A stretch of DNA of 64,000 nt from positions 96,001 to 160,000 of IMG/VR virus record IMGVR_UViG_3300034053_000029; one strand, 5' to 3'. The notes under the pieces were generated by a model that saw only the letters and a program-made list of their open reading frames with translations, had not been told where the DNA came from and searched no databases. Positions 46,148 to 55,021 of this stretch are shown piece by piece (position 1 is the first letter of the stretch; each line of letters opens with the position of its first letter). A program made the position numbers and the translations under genes. Origin of the DNA: a virus. Its lineage: Duplodnaviria; Caudoviricetes.

Positions 46148-46780
46148 CTATTCGTCGTGACCTAAAAGTTCTGCTCTCCAATAATGAGTTCGTTTACCAT
46201 TTGGGTGTTCGACTATTCTTGGATTCGCATGAATTCTCAATTTTGCGTTTCTTTTAATTAAAGTTTCTCGTTCATTGTCATATCTTGCTGCATCATTTAA
46301 TGGTATAGCATTTTGACCTTTTTTTGTTTCTATTTCTAGTATATGTTTATCTTTTTCGTTTCTATGTGTGTATGTAAAATTGTGTGCAACCTTTTCATCA
46401 TGAGTGGTGCTTATATACGCAGGGCAATGAACATCAATATGTGGTCTTGATTCGCCACCTTCATGTTTCTGAATTCTATCGAAAGTCTTTTGTGGTGATT
46501 CCCTTAATCCGTGATACAATTTTGCATCTTTTTTTATTCTGTTTGCTCCGTTACCCTCATCAAAAAGGGCATCAGTTTTATCTACCACTCTTTGATGCTG
46601 TTTAGATAATGGTTTTGGTTTCTTCATCTTTCCTTTAGAGTCAACGCCACCACCATCATGTTGTGCATGTAGAGCAGCATTAATTGGGGCACTATGAAAT
46701 GAATAGTCGTAAATGTCATGTGTATGGCTTTTATCTAAACCACCATATTCATGTTTTCTTTTTAAGTCCTCGAACTTCAT
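46148..46780 (-). CDS. ADP-ribosyltransferase (Alt/Mod/exotoxin-like fold), His-rich
   Basis: YS..S..IN..L; LYHG; AYISTT; NERETLI (ExE). Confidence 0.8.
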   Translation of the reverse strand: MKFEDLKRKHEYGGLDKSHTHDIYDYSFHSAPINAALHAQHDGGGVDSKGKMKKPKPLSKQHQRVVDKTDALFDEGNGANRIKKDAKLYHGLRESPQKTFDRIQKHEGGESRPHIDVHCPAYISTTHDEKVAHNFTYTHRNEKDKHILEIETKKGQNAIPLNDAARYDNERETLIKRNAKLRIHANPRIVEHPNGKRTHYWRAELLGHDE

Positions 46781-47547
46781 ACGTTTCTATCCCATGTTTC
46801 AATTATCGTATGTGGGTCTTCTTTATCTGCATCGAATGGATCAACTACGACAGTTTGCGTTAAGTCAATATCCATAGGATTCTTAGTAGCAATATCGACA
46901 ATAGTACGTTTGATAATCTTATCGGTACTGAAGATTGGTCCGAAGAAGTCCATCTTAGCTGTAAATGAGAATGTTTGAACAACGGTTCTTTGAGTTTGCA
47001 CACTCAAGTCTGCATAATTATCATCTACGGCAACTGCATCCAATTGAATTGGAATAGATTTCATCATACTAACTTCAGGTAAGTAGTTGATATTTAAATT
47101 TAATGATGGTGTGAAGTATGGAAGAATCTGCTCCATCATCTGAAGAGAATCATCATTATCCTTGGCATATGTGTATAACTTTATAATTAAGTCATATGGT
47201 ACAGGGTTGAATACCTTCGTCATCGACTCACCAATCTTACCTGGAATGAATGCGCCTTGAGTACCAATCTTCCTAGTTGGATCGTATCTATAATCGGTAA
47301 TCTCAAATGAAATACGAGGCATCGTGACTTTAACTCTAGGTGCAGTCAAATCTGGTTGCTCTCTAAGTCTTTCTAACCACTTACTCTTTGGTCCATATGC
47401 AACAGGAACTTTGATATGTTGAATGACTTTACAATCATCGTCATATTCGATAATGTTCATTCCTGAGAACAAGGCACCAAAAGCAGTTACGAGTTTTCGT
47501 ACTGATTGATGGTAGAATGGTTGTGATCCGAATAATGTTTGAGTCAT
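46777..47547 (-). CDS. gp15: Tail terminator / sheath stabiliser (gp15)
   Basis: FYHQSVRK...FG.LF, KVPVAYGPK, PRISFE, NPVPY, EQILPYFTP. Confidence 0.96.
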   Translation of the reverse strand: MTQTLFGSQPFYHQSVRKLVTAFGALFSGMNIIEYDDDCKVIQHIKVPVAYGPKSKWLERLREQPDLTAPRVKVTMPRISFEITDYRYDPTRKIGTQGAFIPGKIGESMTKVFNPVPYDLIIKLYTYAKDNDDSLQMMEQILPYFTPSLNLNINYLPEVSMMKSIPIQLDAVAVDDNYADLSVQTQRTVVQTFSFTAKMDFFGPIFSTDKIIKRTIVDIATKNPMDIDLTQTVVVDPFDADKEDPHTIIETWDRNV

Positions 47548-47550
47548 AAT

Positions 47551-48321
47551 TTACATACCACTAAAAGGGTTTGATGCTGAGAATGAAACGTCTTCAGCAG
47601 CAACATCAAACTCATGAGAATTGTCGTATGAAATCTTACCAGAAGTAAATTCTGGAATCTCTTGTGTCTCTTGCATAAATCCGCCACCATTTTCTTGTAA
47701 CAGCAAACCACCATCCTCAAGAAGAATTTGATATGAAGTCATGTCGAGAGAATTCAAGTCCTCGATAGAATCTATATCAGATATTCCTGTATTCAATTCC
47801 TCTGAGTTGTATTGGAATGCTTCACATGATAGCTTGTAGATGTAATTCTTTCCGACTTGGTAGAACTCAGATTCGTGGTCACAAAATTTTATCTCTAGTA
47901 GCATCTTGGTTAGGGGATCATAAATCAAATCTCCCTCTTGTGGTCTTCCACTAACTAACACATCGAATGATGCTTCGCCGTTACCCTGATCGTTATCGAA
48001 TTGAGATTTGACTTCGGTTTCCCACCTATCAACAGATACGATCAAGTTATATGATGAATTGATTTCCAGACCAAACTTTGAATAGAGTTCCTTCTCGCCT
48101 TGGAATCCAAGCACATTCTCCATATACATTTCAATCTCAATAGCCAAAGGAAATTTGGATATATCCGTTTCACCTAACACCAAATCCCTAGTCACAACTT
48201 GTCTAGGAAGGTAGTAGAACATATGTCCTAAAACCTGAATCGATTCAGTTTTAAGTGAATTGAATAAACCTTGCTCTCCGGCAAAGGATTTATTGAAGTA
48301 TGGATTGTGTAATGATGCCAT
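47551..48321 (-). CDS. gp14: Neck protein (gp14)
   Basis: ESIQVLG..FYYLPR, EMY, SKFGLEI, PQEGDLIY.P, FYQVGK. Confidence 0.96.
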   Translation of the reverse strand: MASLHNPYFNKSFAGEQGLFNSLKTESIQVLGHMFYYLPRQVVTRDLVLGETDISKFPLAIEIEMYMENVLGFQGEKELYSKFGLEINSSYNLIVSVDRWETEVKSQFDNDQGNGEASFDVLVSGRPQEGDLIYDPLTKMLLEIKFCDHESEFYQVGKNYIYKLSCEAFQYNSEELNTGISDIDSIEDLNSLDMTSYQILLEDGGLLLQENGGGFMQETQEIPEFTSGKISYDNSHEFDVAAEDVSFSASNPFSGM

Positions 48322-48322
48322 A

Positions 48323-49252
48323 TTATCCTACTAGAAAACCCAGCGGTGCTCCATTACCTGCTGCTTCGTCCTCTAGTGCTTTCAATTCAGTCATTGCTTG
48401 TTCTAATATGTATTTTCCATCGTACTGTACTCCACCCGGCAGGGACATTCCAGAATATTTCGACAGCACCTGACCCCATGTTCTTTTCATTTTTGCCGTG
48501 GTGTATTTCTTTAACCAAGGATCGTTATACACCTCAGAATACACCTCTGGATCAAGACCAATGTAGCATTCAAACACATACCATGTTCCCACGTTCAAAT
48601 CCCAACTTGAATCATAGTATAAGTTATTCATCCGACGATTAAAACGATACGTCTTCTCTTTTCTCAATATGAAATCTAGATGACCAAGATAATTGAACGT
48701 CGAATACAAATAATTTGCCTGACCAGATGTGATGTTTCTAATCTCGTTAGCCATAATTTGATACTGGACATTAAACAAAATATCTGGATGATTCAATAAT
48801 CCGTTTGTATTCAATACTCTAGTGACAGAAAACACTTCATCTGGAAGCTCGATATAACCTTTATCCACGGTTCCTTTTGAAACGGTACTTATGACAGATG
48901 ATTGAGTTCCATTTGTCAAGGTCTGACCTGATGCACATATCGTACCAGTCGATGATTGAGTTGCTGATATGATATTTCCATCAACGGAAACTATGGTAGC
49001 AGAATATCCTTGTGAAGTCGTAACAGTTTGGTTTTCGACAAATCCTGTAGCATCGGCAACCGTAATTTTGGTTGGTGCAATTTGAAATTTGATGTAATTT
49101 CTCTCAATGCCCTCGTAATGATAGTCATTGAAATACTGAACGGCATCCTCTACTGCATCCTCAATTTGGTCTGGTGTCAATTCAATATTGACGATGCCGC
49201 CACCAAGTTGACGAAGTGCGTAACTTGCTAACTCCTGCCTACTTGAAATCAT
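48323..49252 (-). CDS. gp13: Neck protein (gp13)
   Basis: YALRQLG..IVNIE...QIED, YNDPWLKKY, WGQVLSKY, LPGGV. Confidence 0.96.
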   Translation of the reverse strand: MISSRQELASYALRQLGGGIVNIELTPDQIEDAVEDAVQYFNDYHYEGIERNYIKFQIAPTKITVADATGFVENQTVTTSQGYSATIVSVDGNIISATQSSTGTICASGQTLTNGTQSSVISTVSKGTVDKGYIELPDEVFSVTRVLNTNGLLNHPDILFNVQYQIMANEIRNITSGQANYLYSTFNYLGHLDFILRKEKTYRFNRRMNNLYYDSSWDLNVGTWYVFECYIGLDPEVYSEVYNDPWLKKYTTAKMKRTWGQVLSKYSGMSLPGGVQYDGKYILEQAMTELKALEDEAAGNGAPLGFLVG

Positions 49253-49950
49253 AGTCGATCCTTAATATGTTTGGTAAAATTTCCTATATCAAAAACTCTT
49301 TTACAACATATACAAGATACCTCTCTTTTGACCTCAGATATATGTTTAATGAAATTTCCATAATCAAATGTTCTATTACAACAAACACATGAACATTTGA
49401 TTATATGTCTGTTCATTGCTTTTTCTTTAATTTTGCCTTTTGTTTCATCAGAAACCAAATGTCCCCTGTTAATTTTACTAATTTTTCTCCCTAACGATTT
49501 GATTCTTTCATCAGTTTCTTTTGTTTTTCCTTTTGTCCAAGGCGTAATTCCTTTTAAACTAATACTCAATTTTTTCCTAGTTTCATCAGAAACAACTACA
49601 GTTTTTCCTTTATGAATTTTAGATAACTTTTGACGACCTTCTTCTGTTATATAGAATATTTTTTTATTGTTATGAGTACAAGACCTATTTAATAGTAGTG
49701 GATTTCCTAAATTGTTGAATATTAGTTCTTGTTCATATTTAATTGCATCAATTGGATCATCAAATTCTTTCAAAACTGTCCACTCATAATCATCTACATT
49801 ATTTTTTATTATCTTACTAGATGAAAAATATTTTATACCTAAATCGAATTCAGCCTTACATTTATTTGCTCTACGATATCCATAATAAAATTGATCAGTA
49901 AGTCTATTTACTGCAATATATACATATGGTTTCACATCGTCTTGCGTCAT
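49249..49950 (-). CDS. GIY-YIG homing endonuclease with NUMOD3 and tandem CxCC...GNF.KH fingers
   Basis: PYVYI...FYYGYR...KYFSSS, LLLNR. Confidence 0.85.
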   Translation of the reverse strand: MTQDDVKPYVYIAVNRLTDQFYYGYRRANKCKAEFDLGIKYFSSSKIIKNNVDDYEWTVLKEFDDPIDAIKYEQELIFNNLGNPLLLNRSCTHNNKKIFYITEEGRQKLSKIHKGKTVVVSDETRKKLSISLKGITPWTKGKTKETDERIKSLGRKISKINRGHLVSDETKGKIKEKAMNRHIIKCSCVCCNRTFDYGNFIKHISEVKREVSCICCKRVFDIGNFTKHIKDRL

Positions 49951-50492
49951 TTTGATAGTTCCTCAACCAATTCAGCAATCGTATCGAATGGAGTCTTGGA
50001 CTTCATGATCTTTGATTCAGATACTAGGCCACAATATTTTCCATCTTTCTTTAAGACGTTGAAGTTATTCATACTGACTACTTCATATCCTTCATCAATT
50101 GCATTTTGAGTAGGAGTCTTTCTAGTGTCCTCGGAAGTCATCTTGTTTTTAACTGTAACTTTGACTCCCTCTTTAACTGGAGATATTCCCTTCTTCTTCA
50201 CATCAAATTCGATGAGTGGATTGAGTTCAATCTGCTCTTTAAGAGGGCAAAATATTTTATCTCCAACCACAACTTCAAGACGAGATTCATATACGCCAGA
50301 AGGAAGGATTCCTTTTAATTTAGGAACAGCGGCAATGACTTCACCGTTTTCGATCTTGCACTTACATGCGACATCGAAATCTGGCCCCTCAATTACCAAT
50401 CTTGCATATTGGGTTTGTTCTGTTGTGCCAAACACTTCAAGGCTAAATGCCATGTCGGTTTGTTCAGTAAGTTCAAGTTTTCCTAAAATCAT
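49947..50492 (-). CDS. Conserved hypothetical virion-region protein
   Basis: 181 aa, beta-rich N-terminus; upstream of gp13. Confidence 0.7.
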   Translation of the reverse strand: MILGKLELTEQTDMAFSLEVFGTTEQTQYARLVIEGPDFDVACKCKIENGEVIAAVPKLKGILPSGVYESRLEVVVGDKIFCPLKEQIELNPLIEFDVKKKGISPVKEGVKVTVKNKMTSEDTRKTPTQNAIDEGYEVVSMNNFNVLKKDGKYCGLVSESKIMKSKTPFDTIAELVEELSK

Positions 50493-50501
50493 AATAATTC
50501 C

Positions 50502-50813
50502 TTATTCTGTACGAGACATACCAGATAATTCGTCTCTATCATCTGCTCGTTTAGGTAATGCTCCTGTATGTTTGGTTATGCTATGAATTTTTCCGTATAC
50601 ATTCTTACCACCACCACCATATTGACTATGAAGATGTGTTGTCATCGCAGAAAGATGTTCATCATCACCAACTTTACCACCTTCTAATGGGTCTGGTCCA
50701 CTAACAACTCTTGTGTTTTTCTTGTCTCCATGAGTAACAATGTAATTTGAGTGATCACGGAATTTTTCCGTTATAACTTGTCTGATTGCTTCGTGTAGTG
50801 AGTCAAAGTTCAT
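50502..50813 (-). CDS. Small His/Gly-rich late protein, putative internal protein
   Basis: MNFDSLHEAIRQVITE leader; own AATAAATA promoter at 50838-50845. Confidence 0.7.
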   Translation of the reverse strand: MNFDSLHEAIRQVITEKFRDHSNYIVTHGDKKNTRVVSGPDPLEGGKVGDDEHLSAMTTHLHSQYGGGGKNVYGKIHSITKHTGALPKRADDRDELSGMSRTE

Positions 50814-50843
50814 GATAATTCCTTTATGTGTATCGTATATTTA

Positions 50844-52208
50844 TTACTTACTGTCTATAGAAAATACTTTTCCACGAATCGTTGTTCCGCCATCCCTTGT
50901 GTAAAATGTCAAAATATCAACCCCATCTGAAGTCAATGTAGGAATGGTGCCACCATCCCATTTTGTATTGGCAAACCATGTTTGAGCAAATAAACCACCA
51001 TTCGTCAATTCGACAGTCCATGACGCAATTGTTCCACTTGATGGTAATCCAGTAATTGCCCATGATGTTACTGCAGTAGCACAAGTTGCATAATAAACAG
51101 CATCTGGTGAATATGCGATTGTCGTAGTTCCACTTGGAGTATATGAAGCAGCAACGGATGATGTACTATGTTTATGAACATCCATCTTGTTTAGGATGGT
51201 GTGCATGTTTGTGTCTGTGTTATCAAAGAACCCAACAAACGGCGCAACATCGACAATGATTTGGTCATCAGTCACTCCAGCAGCAAGTATTCTTGTCAAT
51301 ATTTTTCCATTTACGGCATGTGAATGTGCTACCGCACCAACAGCAACCGGATTGTTTGGTGCACTCGGTTTTGTTTTTGTCATCGCCCCTGGTGTTGATG
51401 GATGTAAGAATAGCACATCACCGTCATTCCAAGTTTCACCAACTGCAGACCCCGTTGTATTTAAATTGTGCAATATACCACTAGTAGTAACAACACCAAA
51501 AGCATTGTTTGTCATATCTGATGTGGCGATACCCAATACATCATAATTTGAATCTGTACTTGCTACCGCTAATGATATTGTTGGTGTTTGTCCTGACGCA
51601 CCACTTAATTTTACTACTTGACCATCAACAATAGTAGACCCCGAGGTATTTTTAACCTTTATCCACTGCTCAAATCCAATCTGCATAGAAGAACCAGAGA
51701 TGTCAGAATAATATGACAATGCCTTTTTATCGGTGTCATACCAAATTCTACCTTCTTGATATGCTGGTGCGATAACAGATGTGAAATTCAAATGATTTGT
51801 TATTGACCCATTCGACTCATCCACTTTCAAATCTAATGCAGTTTGGGTTGCCGACGAAACTGGTTTATTTGCATCTGAAGTATTATCGACGTTGCTAAGA
51901 CCGACATCTGATTTAGTGACCCCATGAGGATTACCTGTAGTTCCAATATGTGTCTGAATGTTCGCATTTGCTGGTTCATATGAGTGAGAGTGTACTGTTG
52001 GTGCATATGTTCCATCGTGATTATGTCCTGTTGCTGATTTTCCGCTTAATGCAGAATTCAAATCAGTTTGGTCTGCTAAAGTACCGGTAATGTCTCCCCA
52101 TACAAGATTTCCATCACCTGCTGGTCCTTGAACGCCTTGCGGTCCTTGAGTCCCAACAGTAACGACTGTAGTGACACCATTTTGCGAAATAACCGTAGTT
52201 TCACTCAT
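50844..52208 (-). CDS. Tail fibre-like protein
   Basis: Collagen-like GPQGVQGPAG, HNHDGTY/HSH and DVGLSNVDNTSD fibre repeats. Confidence 0.8.
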   Translation of the reverse strand: MSETTVISQNGVTTVVTVGTQGPQGVQGPAGDGNLVWGDITGTLADQTDLNSALSGKSATGHNHDGTYAPTVHSHSYEPANANIQTHIGTTGNPHGVTKSDVGLSNVDNTSDANKPVSSATQTALDLKVDESNGSITNHLNFTSVIAPAYQEGRIWYDTDKKALSYYSDISGSSMQIGFEQWIKVKNTSGSTIVDGQVVKLSGASGQTPTISLAVASTDSNYDVLGIATSDMTNNAFGVVTTSGILHNLNTTGSAVGETWNDGDVLFLHPSTPGAMTKTKPSAPNNPVAVGAVAHSHAVNGKILTRILAAGVTDDQIIVDVAPFVGFFDNTDTNMHTILNKMDVHKHSTSSVAASYTPSGTTTIAYSPDAVYYATCATAVTSWAITGLPSSGTIASWTVELTNGGLFAQTWFANTKWDGGTIPTLTSDGVDILTFYTRDGGTTIRGKVFSIDSK

Positions 52209-52549
52209 CTCGTTACTTCCTTAGAAACTTTGACTTTACCCTCAACCAATCGAGTGACGGTTGATCCGATAACTACTTCAAGGTCATATACCCCTTTTAC
52301 CCATGTCATTGCAGCAGTATCAGTAGCAGAAATTTCCAAATGAATTTTCCCATCAGTACCCACAGGGATCGAAAGGCGATCATTTTCCGTAGTCAATTCG
52401 ATTAGCACTTCTCCATCAATACTATCTCTAACTTGCATCCTTGCGGTTGCTCCAGTTAGGTTAATGGCAACATCAAGTTCATCCTTCCACGTTAGTACAT
52501 GAGTGAATGTAGCACCTTGTTCAATTGATAAATTTAATTTTCCTGCCAT
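52205..52549 (-). CDS. Fibre adaptor / baseplate upper-protein-like Ig domain
   Basis: IEQGATF....W......INLTG.TARMQVR...GVYDLE...RLVEG. Confidence 0.75.
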   Translation of the reverse strand: MAGKLNLSIEQGATFTHVLTWKDELDVAINLTGATARMQVRDSIDGEVLIELTTENDRLSIPVGTDGKIHLEISATDTAAMTWVKGVYDLEVVIGSTVTRLVEGKVKVSKEVTR

Positions 52550-52966
52550 TTATTTTCTCCAAAATGCTTTAACCTTGATTTCTTTCGTCAATACACTATT
52601 TATGGTTGCTATGACATCTACAATAGATGTGTTCATTCTTCTAAACGATGCAAACACTTTTTCTAACGATGCTGCCATTAAGTAACTAACTGTTCTTCTC
52701 TGCTCCCATGTCTTACCTTTATGCTTTACTCTAACGATAATCTCATACGGACCTTCCCACGGTGTTTCAATGAATGGAGGTCTAACAATTCCTCCACCAC
52801 CTGCACCTTGTGGATTCTGAGGTACGATCTCAATTTCAATCGAACAACCAAATCCATTCGTTGCCATATTGAACGTAGAGAATCCTGGATAGATTCCCAT
52901 CGTAGCAATCTGCAAATGCTCCTGACAGACCGATTCAGATTCATTATGAAATACACCTAATAGCAT
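52550..52966 (-). CDS. Hypothetical structural-region protein
   Basis: 138 aa, packed in operon. Confidence 0.65.
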   Translation of the reverse strand: MLLGVFHNESESVCQEHLQIATMGIYPGFSTFNMATNGFGCSIEIEIVPQNPQGAGGGGIVRPPFIETPWEGPYEIIVRVKHKGKTWEQRRTVSYLMAASLEKVFASFRRMNTSIVDVIATINSVLTKEIKVKAFWRK

Positions 52967-52975
52967 GATTGGTTA

Positions 52976-54457
52976 TCAGATTTCCTCACCCCAACCAAGA
53001 ACCACTTCACTTGATCCGGCAGTGGAATCGTTGGTCACAATAAGGTAATCACCACGAACCAAATTCAATTCTAAATGACTATACGACAACTCTATAGATA
53101 CTCTAGCACCTGCTTCCACAGTAATCGCACGAATAAACTCAAGATTTGCCACGGTTACTGCCGTTGCTCTTACTGCACTCACATTCATGTCAGTTGAATC
53201 GGATTGAACGAATGAATGTTTACCACCATATCCTGCAACTAAAGTTTCACCTGTAATATCAGCAGCACTTCGAGTACGCCATAATTTAAACGTGCATTTC
53301 TTAGTGTTATGAACTGATAATGTTCTCAAATGAATAGTGCGAGTATTAACTAACGTACCAATTAAAAGAGGATTATGAACAACTAAAACTGGTTTATCTG
53401 CACCAGTAGTCGCTACTGCTTGTGAATAGGCTGATCCCCATTGTTCTGGCGTCTCTTTACCATTCTCAGATGTTATATCTACGCAACCAATTATAAGAGA
53501 GCAATTGGCAACTGCTGCATTTGCTGTGGTTGCTTTGAATGCTATAGGTAGAGCAGGATTACTCATACTTAATGCAGTAAGAGTCCCCAACAAAGACATA
53601 GTATGAACATGAATGTTGTTGATGAAGAACTTATAATTTCCCATTCCACGCCATTGATATTGAATATCGTAAGTGTTACCCGCTTCAACATTGAATCCTG
53701 GAACTCCTGCAGTACTAATTAGTTGCTCTGCTACTTCAACGGTTAGCGATCTGCGTACTGCGTATAACAAACCATCTGCTTTTAGGCGAAAGAATATACC
53801 CGCATCAATGTTTTGAACACCCCACTCTCTAACACATCCTGTTGCAGTCTTGCTTGGACAAATCAGTGCAGTTGAAAACAAATGACCACGATTGGGTTGA
53901 TATGGTGGGCACACTCTAGATTCAAGTAATAAATTTGTTTTTCCTGTTGATGTAGTAAGAACTGCTGCTCCACCTGTAGATACGATGTTAGTAGAGGTGT
54001 AAACTTGTACGCCACCTTCGTATGTAAACCACATTTTTGTTGGTATGTCAAAAGTGAACATCCCATGAAATAGCGAGAACGGAAGAGACATTTTCTGAAC
54101 ACCCCAAGCATCTTCCGTAAGATCACCAGAACCTAGAGTGCCACTAATAGGAACAGGTGTTGCTCTCAATTGAGCATCGGTCAATGGTCCTGAGACTGGT
54201 TGTGTCGCTTGATAAAACGATCCAGAAACAGGAACTGCTGCTGCTCTCAATTGTGCATCTGTCAATGGTTGCGATAACCCAGTATTGGCAGTAACTGTGC
54301 CGGAAACAGGCAATGGATTGGTAGCACTAATGTCACCATCATTCACTCCATCATCACCATGAATCAGTTTTACTCTCTGGTATTTTGCACCGGCAATCTC
54401 ATCTGCTGCAATGACTGCTCCACCAATACCAGGATTTAGGGTTACATTATCTGCCAT
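52976..54457 (-). CDS. Virion structural protein (beta-sandwich/lectin-like) with PLTDAQLRA repeats
   Basis: 493 aa; two PLTDAQLRA..VP.SG repeats. Confidence 0.75.
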   Translation of the reverse strand: MADNVTLNPGIGGAVIAADEIAGAKYQRVKLIHGDDGVNDGDISATNPLPVSGTVTANTGLSQPLTDAQLRAAAVPVSGSFYQATQPVSGPLTDAQLRATPVPISGTLGSGDLTEDAWGVQKMSLPFSLFHGMFTFDIPTKMWFTYEGGVQVYTSTNIVSTGGAAVLTTSTGKTNLLLESRVCPPYQPNRGHLFSTALICPSKTATGCVREWGVQNIDAGIFFRLKADGLLYAVRRSLTVEVAEQLISTAGVPGFNVEAGNTYDIQYQWRGMGNYKFFINNIHVHTMSLLGTLTALSMSNPALPIAFKATTANAAVANCSLIIGCVDITSENGKETPEQWGSAYSQAVATTGADKPVLVVHNPLLIGTLVNTRTIHLRTLSVHNTKKCTFKLWRTRSAADITGETLVAGYGGKHSFVQSDSTDMNVSAVRATAVTVANLEFIRAITVEAGARVSIELSYSHLELNLVRGDYLIVTNDSTAGSSEVVLGWGEEI

Positions 54458-54467
54458 TTTTCACTTT

Positions 54468-55019
54468 CTATTTTGCCCTAGCTACGACGTATGTATTTTT
54501 CAAATGATTTTTAACTGTATGTTTATCTTTCTTTTTTGGAACTTCATCACCATACTCATTGTCTGGTTTCTCAATTTGCTTTCTACCTTTGTGATATGTT
54601 AATTGAGTATCTGACATTTCACCAACTCTATCCATAACAGTTTTTCCACCTTCAGAATACTCATCTGAACCAATTGCTTTGATGCCTTGCTTATGAATGA
54701 GGTGATGAATGAGGTGATGCATCTTCATTGATCCATCAGACTTTTCATGTTTAGACATGGCATCTATACTTAGATGACCTTCATGTTCCTCGCCCCATAT
54801 TGAAAGATCATTCACTTTTGTCTTCTTATTCTTTGCCCAATATACGGTTTGGTCATGAATATTGGTTCCTCTATGGATAGTATGAGTATCGGTCTCACCA
54901 ATCTTCTTATGATCAAGATTCCAGTTTTCATCTTTTTTAGAGACATTCCAATCCATATTTTTTGGGATGTTTTTGTTTATGAATGCCATTTCTGAAATAT
55001 ATTCTTTAAAGGTTATCAT
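54468..55019 (-). CDS. CTS-bearing His-rich GNAT-fold-like protein
   Basis: MITFKEYISE leader; SDEYSEGGKTVMDRV. Confidence 0.7.
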   Translation of the reverse strand: MITFKEYISEMAFINKNIPKNMDWNVSKKDENWNLDHKKIGETDTHTIHRGTNIHDQTVYWAKNKKTKVNDLSIWGEEHEGHLSIDAMSKHEKSDGSMKMHHLIHHLIHKQGIKAIGSDEYSEGGKTVMDRVGEMSDTQLTYHKGRKQIEKPDNEYGDEVPKKKDKHTVKNHLKNTYVVARAK

Positions 55020-55021
55020 GA

